From positions 1-61,990 of the forward strand of contig CAMAYN010000001.1 in NCBI GenBank assembly GCA_945862285.1: DNA of 61,990 nt. The letters are read 5' to 3'. A model generated the notes under the pieces. That model worked only from the letters and a program-made list of their open reading frames with translations. It ran no database searches and was not told the origin of the DNA. Origin of the DNA: Akkermansia muciniphila (GTDB taxonomy: Bacteria; Verrucomicrobiota; Verrucomicrobiia; Verrucomicrobiales; Akkermansiaceae). Positions 42,045-51,790 of the stretch are shown piece after piece; positions within the stretch are counted from its first letter, which is position 1; the number at the start of each line of letters is the position of its first letter. Made by a program: the position numbers and the translations under genes.

Positions 42045-43016
42045 TTAGTGAGGTAAACCCTCGAATAAGGTCGCAGCGTGTTTGTAGATTGGGTCATTTT
42101 TATCATCGATTTTATTTTTGATACTTTGTAGCTCCGAAAGCGATCCCGGACTGTTTTGTAATGCAATTTCATCTATTACCAATCTTCTTATACTTATATG
42201 CAAATCGTTTTCAAAAGTTTTGTAGAAAGTAAAAAGGTCTTGTTCATTCTTTATGTAACTTTTGCCAGTATAAATTGCTAAAGCTCTGTAAATCGGGTTT
42301 TTTGAATTTCCCATATTTTTCAACATATTTATGTTTTCTTCTTGAGATGAATTTTTGAATGGATTAACATCACTAGCAATTCTAGCTAAAAATATATCTC
42401 CTAATTGCGGTTCTTCTTTGGACATCCGTTCCTTAAAGAACTTATCAATGCCGGAATTATTTGTCTGTGAGTATAAAGCATAAACCGCGTACAATCCATA
42501 AGCGCCTGACATTTCATCATCAGTTAGCTTTGACGTGCTACTTCCTTTTCTCAATTCTTCTACAAATTTGCTAGAACTACGGAATAATACACTAAAGTCA
42601 ATATTCGCTATGTCAACAGTCACTTCAAAATCCTCAATCCAATACCTGCTTGCAAGTTGTGTCAACTTTTGCGAAGTTTTTGCAATATCCGATTCTTTTA
42701 GAATTGCAGAATTTAATTCTGCTAAAACTAATTTAGCGTAAGCAGGAATTTCTTGTAATGGAACTTCATTTCCAGTATCACTTATTGAGTTAGCGGTGGG
42801 TAATGGTCTTGTATCTTTCACAGAAATTCCATGAAAATCAAATTCCCTTAGAATGCTTTCATCAGCAATATTATTACCTGATTGTTGTCTTTTGAGTGAA
42901 GCCTCGCTTTGTGTTTTGGTAGTGCGATTTTCTTCAGAAATTTTTTCTTTCTTGCAAGATGACAAACCAGATAGAAACAGAGTAAGAATGATTATGGTGT
43001 TTGACGAATGGGCCAT
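42045..43016 (-). CDS. AT-rich predicted lipoprotein with a helical C-terminus (candidate immunity/partner protein)
   Basis: LSSC lipobox; overlaps the 3' end of the upstream gene by 25 nt; low GC (19/60 in line 42241). Confidence 0.75.
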   Translation of the reverse strand: MAHSSNTIIILTLFLSGLSSCKKEKISEENRTTKTQSEASLKRQQSGNNIADESILREFDFHGISVKDTRPLPTANSISDTGNEVPLQEIPAYAKLVLAELNSAILKESDIAKTSQKLTQLASRYWIEDFEVTVDIANIDFSVLFRSSSKFVEELRKGSSTSKLTDDEMSGAYGLYAVYALYSQTNNSGIDKFFKERMSKEEPQLGDIFLARIASDVNPFKNSSQEENINMLKNMGNSKNPIYRALAIYTGKSYIKNEQDLFTFYKTFENDLHISIRRLVIDEIALQNSPGSLSELQSIKNKIDDKNDPIYKHAATLFEGLPH

Positions 43017-45658
43017 GACTGAAAAATTAGATAAGTATTTACGTAGTAATAGGGAGGTCCGTTATGCTTTGCACCTTTTATGACTGTTTTAATTGGAGCA
43101 CCTCCCTTGCTGTATGCTAAGGCCACCGATGTTGATCCATCCAAGAATAGTAACTCGATTTCATCAGCGCGGCCACCTGTTAGTTGTTTGACCCCTGATT
43201 TTTTAGCGTCATGGGCAAGATCCTTTCCTCTCCCCGTCCCAACTTCAGATGATGCACTAAATATAATACCTTTCGTAGCTTGCCCACTCTTATTGTAGTA
43301 GCCGATTGACTGAATTTCATTACCATCAGATTGCCGCTTATCGAAATTTGCTGATAAGCCTCCCATTCCAGATCGCGGATTTGCGGCGTTATTTGTAGAA
43401 CTTGAAGGTAGCACGCTTGCTCCCCAAGAGTAATTTCCCGTCGATAACTCTCTGATATAATTGCCACCTCGATCCCCATTAGGCATAGGCTCAGGACCAG
43501 CTAATGGACTGAAAGGATTACCATGAGCAGGTAAATGAGCATCGGATGATACAATTTGATCCAGAACCCCATTTCTTACAACCCTTCCATGGCAACGATC
43601 AGTTATATCGCCTCGAATTCCTGCTCCCGCAGGATTTCTGTCATCAATGAAAAAGCATTGATTTCCGTTTATAGTTACCGTAGCAGGGTAAGCAGCAATA
43701 ACTGCATCAATTCCTTTGAGTTGACCGCCATTAGCTCTCCTGGATGCGTCTATAGGAAAAAGTCTAGTCTGTTGTTCTAGCATAAAGACCAACCGAAATG
43801 TATCTGCACCGTAAGCACGCTGAACAACACATAGTGTCGTATTATTCTCCCTAATATAATCTTCAACTGTTTCAAAAAATCTAGAAGCACCAAATCTTTT
43901 AATAACGGTTAGGTCAAGTTTCAAAGAAGTCTGCACATCCTTGAATTCCCCATCGATTTTTTCACGAAATTTGAGAACAAGTTCTCCTTCTACTTGGGGA
44001 TTATCTGCGGGATAAGCTACATCAACATCAGCTCGTGCATAGATGATTTTTGGCAAAGGGTTGCTTCCACTCACCACAAACCGATTTCCTGTTTTTAGTC
44101 CAAGCGCGTCTTTGCATTCTGCTGTTTTGTAGAAAGTAAGTCGATCAATCCCAGGATGCTCTAGCCATATCTCGCCTTCTTCAATACCGCAAGTTATTGC
44201 GATCGCTTCTGCATCGTCGTCATTGATTTCACTTTTTGGACGATCTGGGTCTGAATCGCCAATGTCCCACTTGCCATTTGATAAATTATCATTCGCGAAC
44301 ATAAACTCCGTGCCCAATATTTTTGCATTACTACCTGCCGCTGCGCTCTGCGCGGCATCTCGTAAGGTGATGTCCTTGGTATCAATGACACCATCATTGT
44401 TTAAATCAGATAACAACTGAACAGGAATTGTTTTTGCATCGGCGACAAAAATTGTTCCCTGTTGGATCCCTGGTGATTCTTGAGGGGAAATATCAAGAGG
44501 AGCAGAATTCATCGCTCCCGCGCTAACATATTGTTCGAGTTTATCATAGGTAGTAATGAAACTTTCATTTTCATTGAAAATCCGATGGCGCACAATGAAG
44601 TGAAATTTGCTCTGAGCCTCTGCTAACTCGGGTAACACCGTCCAAATTCTTCTGGCTGACAGGTAAGCATTTTCGCTTCGTCCCTGTTCTTCCAATCTTT
44701 GAGTTGATTCAAACAAATTCGTCTCTTCTGGTTTTAGCTCATCTTCTGTCGGCAGATTGGGAAACGCTTTTAATGCTAGCATGTCGCGCAACTCTTGAAG
44801 AGTTTTGAAACTTTGAATCTCGCTCGTAACGTTGGTTTCATCCCAAGTTGCTAACGTAGTAACAAGGCCTTCTATTCCAGAAGAAGGGTTATTAGGTGTT
44901 GTATTATCATTACAACCATACTGCAAAGCCTTCAAGGCATTCACATGTCTGTATGGCATGCTTGCTGCTAGTATTGGATTTGAACCAAAGTGTTGTTCAT
45001 GTCCGTCATCAATGCCATCTCCATCTGTATCGGGATTCGTCGGTGAGGTTCCGGTAAGTATTTCCATTATATCGCTTATTCCGTCACGATCTGTATCCTT
45101 CAGTAATAAGTTTGTGCCAACAAGATATTCTTCATAGGTTGTCAAGTCGTCACTGTCTTCGTCGCGGTCTGTGACTTTTACGCGGTAAAACAACTTGGGT
45201 GGCGGAGCGGTGGTGTTGGTGTTTTCCGGGTCGGTCGCTTGAATGGCGATGGTGTGAGCGGTGTCGTTCGCTGCGGCATCGATGATTGGCCCGATGTTGA
45301 CCCAGAAATGGAGGTTGGTGCTGGCTTGAATACGGTAGTTTTTCCCGGGGATCACCGGCCAAGTGAGTTCGTAAGTTGCGGCGGTGGCGGTGGATTGGAT
45401 CGCGAGGGCAGTTTTCCCGTTTGAGCCATTGGCGGAGAAGGGATTTGTTCCCGCTAGGGCTTCTTGGGCGTTTGTCCAACCGTCTTGATCGGGATCGGCG
45501 GTCGCGGCGTGGGTGGCGTTACTCGCCTGAAAGAGTTGGCTGGTGTTGTATTGCTTTTCCCATACATCGCTTAGGCCGTTAGCGTTTGTGTCGAGGATGG
45601 CAAGGAGTGGGAAAATGCTGAAAATCTGAAACGCTAAAAAGCTGAAAATGGTTTTCAT
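42992..45658 (-). CDS. Secreted DxDxDG-repeat protein with a C-terminal phosphodiester-glycosidase-like domain (module copy 2, gene B)
   Basis: Signal peptide from ATG 45658; N-terminus paralogous to 7602..9629; C-terminal INGNQCFF, RNG and FLDGSTS resemble NAGPA/DUF2233 motifs (INGGFF, LDGGGS). Confidence 0.75.
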   Translation of the reverse strand: MKTIFSFLAFQIFSIFPLLAILDTNANGLSDVWEKQYNTSQLFQASNATHAATADPDQDGWTNAQEALAGTNPFSANGSNGKTALAIQSTATAATYELTWPVIPGKNYRIQASTNLHFWVNIGPIIDAAANDTAHTIAIQATDPENTNTTAPPPKLFYRVKVTDRDEDSDDLTTYEEYLVGTNLLLKDTDRDGISDIMEILTGTSPTNPDTDGDGIDDGHEQHFGSNPILAASMPYRHVNALKALQYGCNDNTTPNNPSSGIEGLVTTLATWDETNVTSEIQSFKTLQELRDMLALKAFPNLPTEDELKPEETNLFESTQRLEEQGRSENAYLSARRIWTVLPELAEAQSKFHFIVRHRIFNENESFITTYDKLEQYVSAGAMNSAPLDISPQESPGIQQGTIFVADAKTIPVQLLSDLNNDGVIDTKDITLRDAAQSAAAGSNAKILGTEFMFANDNLSNGKWDIGDSDPDRPKSEINDDDAEAIAITCGIEEGEIWLEHPGIDRLTFYKTAECKDALGLKTGNRFVVSGSNPLPKIIYARADVDVAYPADNPQVEGELVLKFREKIDGEFKDVQTSLKLDLTVIKRFGASRFFETVEDYIRENNTTLCVVQRAYGADTFRLVFMLEQQTRLFPIDASRRANGGQLKGIDAVIAAYPATVTINGNQCFFIDDRNPAGAGIRGDITDRCHGRVVRNGVLDQIVSSDAHLPAHGNPFSPLAGPEPMPNGDRGGNYIRELSTGNYSWGASVLPSSSTNNAANPRSGMGGLSANFDKRQSDGNEIQSIGYYNKSGQATKGIIFSASSEVGTGRGKDLAHDAKKSGVKQLTGGRADEIELLFLDGSTSVALAYSKGGAPIKTVIKGAKHNGPPYYYVNTYLIFQSWPIRQTP

Positions 45659-46557
45659 TGGCCACCTCCTTGCTGAGTTTGAGCTTCTTGTTGCTCTTGG
45701 AGTTTTTCTGCCATCGTTTTTTCGGGAGTCCAATAGCGGATGATGAGGTTAGGAGTTGGGTCGGGAGGGTTGGCGGCTAATGCAGCGGCACGGCGGGCGT
45801 TTTCTTCTTTGAGGGAGGCAGATTTAGCGATGAAAGCGGCGTGGTGCTGTTGGTAGAGTTCGTGCAGACCATCGAGGGCGGCGAGGTCGGTTTCATCGGG
45901 ATTCCCTTGGGTAATGGCGTAGGTGGGTTGCGTTGTGGAATCGGTGGGGAGTTCGGGAATTGATGGTGGGGTATAGGTTTTTCCTGCTTGTGCGGCGCGG
46001 GTGGCGGCTTGGGAATTAGATTGATCGCCAATGCCAAACATGACGTTGTGGGTAATGTTGGCTTTGTTGAAGGCGTGAAGATGGGTGAGGTGATGGAAGT
46101 TGACGTTTGACCATGCTTCGTAGAATTCGGTGGGAGTTTTCCCTTGGCTTGTCCAGCGGATGTGGGTGCGAGTGGTGCCGTTGGCCTCGTCGTGATGGAC
46201 GGTGCAGGAAAGCATCGTCATGCGGTGTTCGGTGCGATGAGCAATCCTTGCGGCACGAGCGGCTTGTTGTTCCGGTGTTACAGGTTCGGGGGTTGGAGCG
46301 GCATGTGGAAGAGGAATGTCTTGGGGGACGACTTCTTGAATGGTGATGGTTTGATCTGGGCGAACGACGGTGCGGGAAGAAATGATTTCATCTGGGGTGA
46401 TTTCGAGTTTTGGGGCGGCGGGAACAGCGGGCGCGCTAGGTGCTGCTTGCTCGGGGATGAGGGTGGCGGTCTCATCGGCATAGGTTGCAGGAAATAGATT
46501 GACCACGAAGAACGCGAGAGCGTAGAGGCGCGAATTTTGTAAGAGACTGATTTTCAT
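45655..46557 (-). CDS. Conserved secreted hypothetical protein (module copy 2, gene A)
   Basis: Paralog of 9626..10519; ends GGGQ with GGAGG and an ATGA overlap into gene B. Confidence 0.8.
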   Translation of the reverse strand: MKISLLQNSRLYALAFFVVNLFPATYADETATLIPEQAAPSAPAVPAAPKLEITPDEIISSRTVVRPDQTITIQEVVPQDIPLPHAAPTPEPVTPEQQAARAARIAHRTEHRMTMLSCTVHHDEANGTTRTHIRWTSQGKTPTEFYEAWSNVNFHHLTHLHAFNKANITHNVMFGIGDQSNSQAATRAAQAGKTYTPPSIPELPTDSTTQPTYAITQGNPDETDLAALDGLHELYQQHHAAFIAKSASLKEENARRAAALAANPPDPTPNLIIRYWTPEKTMAEKLQEQQEAQTQQGGGQ

Positions 46558-46763
46558 GATTTTGTGGGAAAAGTTATCATTCCGCACTGGCGGACGGGGA
46601 GTTCAAAAGTCGCTTACAGACGACCGCAACGGCCTTTGGCCTCCCTCAGAAGGCAAAACCTAAAGAAAGCGGCTTGGACATGCGCCGCTGCCTCCCCGGC
46701 CTTTCGACTAGTTTGGCAGCAATGTTTGCGGTCATTGCTAACCGCTGTAAGAGAAGATTTTGA

Positions 46764-46791
46764 AGTCCTCATCCGCAATGCGGACAGGACT
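46764..46791. repeat. Intergenic hairpin, possibly REP-like
   Basis: AGTCCT-CA-TCCGCA-A-TGCGGA-C-AGGACT. Confidence 0.45.
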
Positions 46792-46953
46792 AGAATAGGC
46801 AGATATGTGATCGCGGCAAGCTATTTGTTCTTTCCGTAGAAATTTTTTGACTGTTGAAGAATCGCATCTGGACACTGCGAGGGCGTTATGCTATTCCTCT
46901 AGTGTAATCGAAAAGTATTTCGCTTACGTATTTCACATCAACTAAAACAAAAA

Positions 46954-47427
46954 ATGAACACATTAAACCGTATATCCGCCACTCTGACAGCCGCAGAAGT
47001 GACCACATTACTAACCAAGATCAATGAGGTGAAAAATGCCTTGCCATTTCTCATCGATCTTTCACCAGAAGAACGCCGCACCTTTCCTAAGATGGGCGAT
47101 AAGTCCGTCGCCTTTGTGAGTCGTTGCGTAGAAATCGCGCAAAGGGATGACTCTTTTCTGCCCAAAAAATTCGATGTCACAGAGTTTGCCGAAGACCACG
47201 CCCTAAGCGTGGCATTAGAGCCGATCCGCCAGCAACTTGCACAATTGCTAGAGCTAGTCGAGGATACTCAATTGCTCGCTGGTTCGGAGGCTTACATCGG
47301 AGCCTTGGAAGTTTATAATAGTGCACAGCGCTCTGGGCAAGGTCTTGGCTTAGACGACCTGATTGATCAACTCGGGATGCGCTTCGTCCGCCGTAGGAAA
47401 GAAGCTGAAGACTCTAAAACACCCTAA
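46954..47427 (+). CDS. Uncharacterised ~155-aa all-helical protein (paralog 1)
   Basis: Shares LPFL.DL.PEER, PKMGDKSVAFV, GS..Y..AL..Y and LG.RF with 55055..55522. Confidence 0.85.
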   Translation: MNTLNRISATLTAAEVTTLLTKINEVKNALPFLIDLSPEERRTFPKMGDKSVAFVSRCVEIAQRDDSFLPKKFDVTEFAEDHALSVALEPIRQQLAQLLELVEDTQLLAGSEAYIGALEVYNSAQRSGQGLGLDDLIDQLGMRFVRRRKEAEDSKTP

Positions 47428-47459
47428 TTTTCCTACGATTTTCACAATCATCTAATGTT

Positions 47460-47498
47460 AGCTCCTGCTGTGAGAAAAATCGCGGCAGGAGCTTTTTT
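47460..47498 (+). terminator. Rho-independent terminator
   Basis: AGCTCCTGCTGTGA...TCGCGGCAGGAGCT stem ending in TTTTTT, ~30 bp after the 47427 stop. Confidence 0.7.
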
Positions 47499-47687
47499 CT
47501 CGGGAGTTCGGCCTTTTTACTCGAAAGTTCAGCCTTTTTGCTCGGAAGATCGACCTTTTTACTCGGAAGATCGGCCATTTTGCTCGGAAGATCGACCTTT
47601 TTGCTCGGAAGATCGACCTTTTTGCTCGGAAGATCGGCCTTTTTGCTCGGAAGCTCGACCTTTTTGCTCGGAAGTTCGCCCTTTTTT
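47493..47687. repeat. Tandem array of ~9 x 21 bp
   Basis: Unit TTTTTGCTCGGAAGATCGACC; CTCG starts at 47499, 47520, 47541 ... 47667. Confidence 0.95.
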
Positions 47688-47813
47688 GCATGCGTGATGT
47701 AATTTTCCGTCTGCCGAGACTGGCGTAACGTATTATCCTCCGCTCAACTAGATTCCTCGTTCATCCGAATATTTCCGTGACATGTCTTATGGTTTGCTTT
47801 GAAGTGAGCGCGA

Positions 47814-49175
47814 ATGCAACGTTTGGCACTGTTAAATATCGTGGGCTTATCTGCGTCTCTGATCGATGATCGGATGCCGCGATTTTCTGCGTGGGCGAGG
47901 CGGGCGGGGCTGCAATCCTTTTCTCCGGCATTTCCTGCGGTGACTTGTACGGCACAGTCGGATATGCTCACAGGCACAGATGCCGATGGGCATGGCATTG
48001 TGGCAAATGGTTGGTATGATCGGGAATCCTGTGAAGTGCGATTTTGGAAGCAGAGCAATCATTTAGTGCGTGGGGAGAAGATCTGGGATGTATTGAAACG
48101 CGAAGTGCCAAACTTCACCTGCGCCAATTTATTTTGGTGGTATAACATGGCAACGCGGGCGGATTTCGCGGTGACACCGCGGCCACTGTATTTGTCGGAT
48201 GGGGCGAAGCATTTTGACATTCATACCCAGCCGATGGGCTTGCGGGAGGAATTGAAAAGTGATCTCGGGGCCTTTCCGTTTCCGTCGTTTTGGGGGCCGG
48301 CGGCGGGGATTCCTTGTAGCCAATGGATTGCTCGTTGTGCGAAGTGGATGGAGGAAAAGTACTCGGCACATTTGAATTTGGTCTATTTGCCGCATTTGGA
48401 TTATGGTTTGCAAAAATATGGGCCAGGAGCTGCGGAGATGGAGGTGGAATTGCGGGCGATCGATGAGGTGGTGGCTGATTTGATTGATTTTTACGAGTCG
48501 CGTGGGGTGCGGGTGATGTCGGTTTCTGAGTATGGTATTTCTGCGGTGGAAACTCCGGTGCATCTGAATCGGATCTTGCGGGCGAATGGCTGGCTATCGA
48601 TCAAAGATGAATTGGGTCGCGATGGCTTAGATTTTTTTCAATCGGATGCAATAGCCGTGGCGGATCATCAAGTGGCGCATGTGTATTTGAAGGATCGGAG
48701 TCGTATGGGGGAAATGCGGGAGTTGTTAGAAAAACAACGTGGCGTGGAGAGTGTGAAGGAAGCGCAAGAAATCTGGGCCAATGGTGGAGCGAATGACCGG
48801 GCGGGAGATTTAGTCGTGACGGCGGCGGCAGGGCATTGGTTCACGTATTATTTTTGGGAGGATGACAATCGTGCGCCGGATTATGCGCGCTGTGTGGATA
48901 TTCACCGCAAACCGGGCTATGACCCAGCGGAGTTATTTCTCGATCCGAAAATCGCTATGCCGAAGTGGGAGATTGCGAAATTTTTGCTGAAGAAAAAGAT
49001 CGGTATGCGAGCCTTGATGGAGGTGATTCCTTTGGATGCGAGCCTAGTAAAAGGATCGCACGGCAGGGTGGATGTGCTGGATGAAGAGCGCCCGATCATT
49101 GCTGGTGCGGATCACGAGATCGGTAGTGCGAAAGAGGTTTTTTCTGCGATGTTGCAACATTTTCGGAATGGCTAA
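47814..49175 (+). CDS. Alkaline phosphatase superfamily nucleotide pyrophosphatase/phosphodiesterase (EboF-like)
   Basis: PAVTC.AQS.MLTG, HGIVANGW, YLPHLDY, SEYG, DHQ, DIHRKPGYDP and KGSHG. Confidence 0.85.
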   Translation: MQRLALLNIVGLSASLIDDRMPRFSAWARRAGLQSFSPAFPAVTCTAQSDMLTGTDADGHGIVANGWYDRESCEVRFWKQSNHLVRGEKIWDVLKREVPNFTCANLFWWYNMATRADFAVTPRPLYLSDGAKHFDIHTQPMGLREELKSDLGAFPFPSFWGPAAGIPCSQWIARCAKWMEEKYSAHLNLVYLPHLDYGLQKYGPGAAEMEVELRAIDEVVADLIDFYESRGVRVMSVSEYGISAVETPVHLNRILRANGWLSIKDELGRDGLDFFQSDAIAVADHQVAHVYLKDRSRMGEMRELLEKQRGVESVKEAQEIWANGGANDRAGDLVVTAAAGHWFTYYFWEDDNRAPDYARCVDIHRKPGYDPAELFLDPKIAMPKWEIAKFLLKKKIGMRALMEVIPLDASLVKGSHGRVDVLDEERPIIAGADHEIGSAKEVFSAMLQHFRNG

Positions 49176-49312
49176 ATCCCTGCAATATCGAAAAAATTAC
49201 CGTCAGCCCGATAGGAGTGACTGCATTCACGACCTTGCTAGCTTTGCAGCAAAGTGAGCAATTCGTTTGTTGATTCTGTTTCTTGTCATAGCCCAATTTG
49301 CTCGTTAAGGCT

Positions 49313-51784
49313 TTAGAAGCCAATCGCGTCAGTGACTCGAAATTCTCTTATAGCAACGGGTTTTTTCGTTTTTTCGTCAAATTCTACTGTCATCCAGCGT
49401 TGTTCATTTTTCGCTACGATTAAGACACGACCATACGCAAGATGCTCCGCTAGCACCTTAGGAGCTTCTTTACTTGTCTCGAAACGCTCCTTCGGATCGG
49501 CAAGGAGAGCCCCAAGCTCTGTTTTCCTACCTTCAATGCCAATTACAAAGTCAGGGTAAAAACCACGTCCATTGTCCATGAGAACATTCACCGACCACGG
49601 CTTATCAGGCTCGTTACGGTGCCACCACTTCACTATGTTGTTAGGCTCACGGTCTAAAATCTCAGCAAACTCACGTTCCCAGCCATTCATTTGCGCGGGA
49701 ATGACTCCATAGATGTTACGTGGCGATTGCGTAAGATAGCCACACGCCGTAATTTCCGCTGGTAATTCCGCCGCTTCGATGATTTCGGCAGATGCTGCCA
49801 AGGCTTTCTTTTGCGCATCCCACAGCAGTTCCGCTCTCGTTGCCAGAATAACGTTGAGAAAGTGGGCAACTTTTTCGTCATCATCCGCCTCTGCCATGGC
49901 CTCTTCTCTCATCACCATTTTCATTTTTTTAAGTAAGGCTCGTCGCAGTTCTCGCGGATCGAATACCTTATTTTTGCACAGAGCTTTGTGCGCAGACTGA
50001 GCCGCCTGCGTAGGGGAAAGCTCCGCTGCAAAATTGAATTCTTGTTGAATATTTTGAGTAAAAACATCCAAGGTGCGCTTTTCCACAGGGATGCGATTTT
50101 TCATCACATCAAAAAGTTCACGGGCAGACACAGCGAAACGATTCGCACAATCCTCTTCTGTCACATCGTTCTGCGGGGAAACAACTTGCGTCTTAAACTT
50201 CTGTGGCATGCCCGCACGGAGCGTGTATCGCTGCACATCCGCAGAGCCCGCTACCTGCTTTGGTGCTGCATCAGGTGAATCCCCCGTACCTTCAGCGCCG
50301 CCGATCCCGAAAAACTTGCCGAAATCCAGTGCCGAAGGAGGGGTAAATTCAGCAGACTCTACTGCATTATCCTCATCTTCCTCAGTGTAACCTTGCCCTC
50401 CTCCTGTTTCTTGTGTTTCAAGGCCAAAAAATTCGATCTGCCCTATTTTGTCAACTCGACTCACACCTGTCACATTCTCGCCGAAGCGCACGGCAATCGT
50501 CGCCGTGCTAGCACGAGCATAAGCTGTTTTAATGGCATTGATTTTTTGCCCTGCGATGTCTAAGCCTGCTTGCGTCTCGGGAGCGGCGAGAAATACCAAG
50601 CCATGCGTCAATTCTAGCGGTAATTTTTGCGCCTGTGCTTTTGCTTGGAGCAGCCGATGCACCCGTAGAATCCGCCCGACGAGTTGCACGCCAAAGTCCG
50701 CATCGCGGCTCGCGCGCATGGACACTAACGTAAAAGCACGAGGGGCATCAAAGCCTAATGCCACAGCCATTTTAAAAATCAGCACCTCGCGGCGTGGTTC
50801 ATTTGCGAGTGCCAGAAGGCCGCTATCGGGTTCTTCTGCGGTGTGGATGGCGATTTGTTCATCAGTAAACCCCATGCGCAGAAGGCGTGACTTTAAACGC
50901 TCGATGCTCCCATCCGTCGAGTCGGCCTGCACAAGCAGCAATGGCACGAGAGGGATTTTCATCTCCTCTAGCTTGCGCTTGATCATTCTGTGCGCCGCCA
51001 CGCCATCGCGCAAAGCCGTACCCACGAGGTCGGCAAGACTCCGTTTCTCTGGATCCACAAAATACGCCGCACATCTTACCCCCATCTTGATTAGGCCAGA
51101 GTCAACAGCATCTTCGCGGCTGACGCTGATCCGGTGCAGTTCTGCCACTGACAGTGCTTTTTGAAATGCCTTAATGTCTGCATCGTCAGGAGTCGCCGTG
51201 ATCAGAACTGTATATTCTGGTTGCAGGGTCTCTTTGAAAAATTTAGCGGCCAATGTGCTCTCGCCAAATCCATGGTGCGCTTCATCTACCACCACGCCGA
51301 TGCGCATCCCTTGGGCGCGTAATCGCGTAATGAGCTTATCGATCGAGGGATTCGTGTCCCCCTCTTTGCGGATGTTACGCTTGTCTTTGACTCGGGTCGC
51401 CACCGCAGCCCACGTCGTGACGAATGTATCTCCCTTGCGGCTGCCTTCTGCTGCGCGGTCGTCTGCTAGGTCACGAACTTGCAGACCATTAAACTCTTCT
51501 CTGAGAAAAGCTTCCGTTTGCTGAACGACTCCCTTAAAGGGCGCAAACCAAAACCACACGACATCTTCTTCATGGCTGAATTTTTCTAATATCGTCCCCG
51601 CCATGAGTGTCTTGCCTGACCCCGTAGGAGCCTCGATCAAGAGATATCCGTTATGATTGATCGCCCGTGTACGGCTCGCGGAATCCGTTCCCGCCGCATC
51701 CAGGAGCTGGCGTGTCGCCATAAATAATTCATAGCCACTATCCACAGCCCGCTCCTGAAATCCTTTGAGTGTTTTCTTGCTCAT
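49313..51784 (-). CDS. Type III restriction enzyme Res-like SF2 helicase-nuclease
   Basis: Q motif FQERAV, APTGSGKT, DEAH, TATP and QLVGRILR; C-terminal FYPDF...DPK nuclease-like motif; directly follows the MTase. Confidence 0.85.
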   Translation of the reverse strand: MSKKTLKGFQERAVDSGYELFMATRQLLDAAGTDSASRTRAINHNGYLLIEAPTGSGKTLMAGTILEKFSHEEDVVWFWFAPFKGVVQQTEAFLREEFNGLQVRDLADDRAAEGSRKGDTFVTTWAAVATRVKDKRNIRKEGDTNPSIDKLITRLRAQGMRIGVVVDEAHHGFGESTLAAKFFKETLQPEYTVLITATPDDADIKAFQKALSVAELHRISVSREDAVDSGLIKMGVRCAAYFVDPEKRSLADLVGTALRDGVAAHRMIKRKLEEMKIPLVPLLLVQADSTDGSIERLKSRLLRMGFTDEQIAIHTAEEPDSGLLALANEPRREVLIFKMAVALGFDAPRAFTLVSMRASRDADFGVQLVGRILRVHRLLQAKAQAQKLPLELTHGLVFLAAPETQAGLDIAGQKINAIKTAYARASTATIAVRFGENVTGVSRVDKIGQIEFFGLETQETGGGQGYTEEDEDNAVESAEFTPPSALDFGKFFGIGGAEGTGDSPDAAPKQVAGSADVQRYTLRAGMPQKFKTQVVSPQNDVTEEDCANRFAVSARELFDVMKNRIPVEKRTLDVFTQNIQQEFNFAAELSPTQAAQSAHKALCKNKVFDPRELRRALLKKMKMVMREEAMAEADDDEKVAHFLNVILATRAELLWDAQKKALAASAEIIEAAELPAEITACGYLTQSPRNIYGVIPAQMNGWEREFAEILDREPNNIVKWWHRNEPDKPWSVNVLMDNGRGFYPDFVIGIEGRKTELGALLADPKERFETSKEAPKVLAEHLAYGRVLIVAKNEQRWMTVEFDEKTKKPVAIREFRVTDAIGF

Positions 51785-51790
51785 AAATGT

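Noticed and set aside
46645..46725. Possible c-di-GMP-I riboswitch (GGCAAAACC...GAAA...GGCC)
   Set aside because: Lacks the GACGCAAAG-type junction and proper P2 pairing, and lies far from the plus-strand gene; an Infernal/Rfam scan would settle it.
47455..47697. 80-aa and 77-aa heptad-repeat ORFs (SEDRPFC)n
   Set aside because: Translations of the 21-bp array; the plus-strand ORF starts just before and runs through a terminator hairpin, and the related 22-bp array cannot code in one frame.
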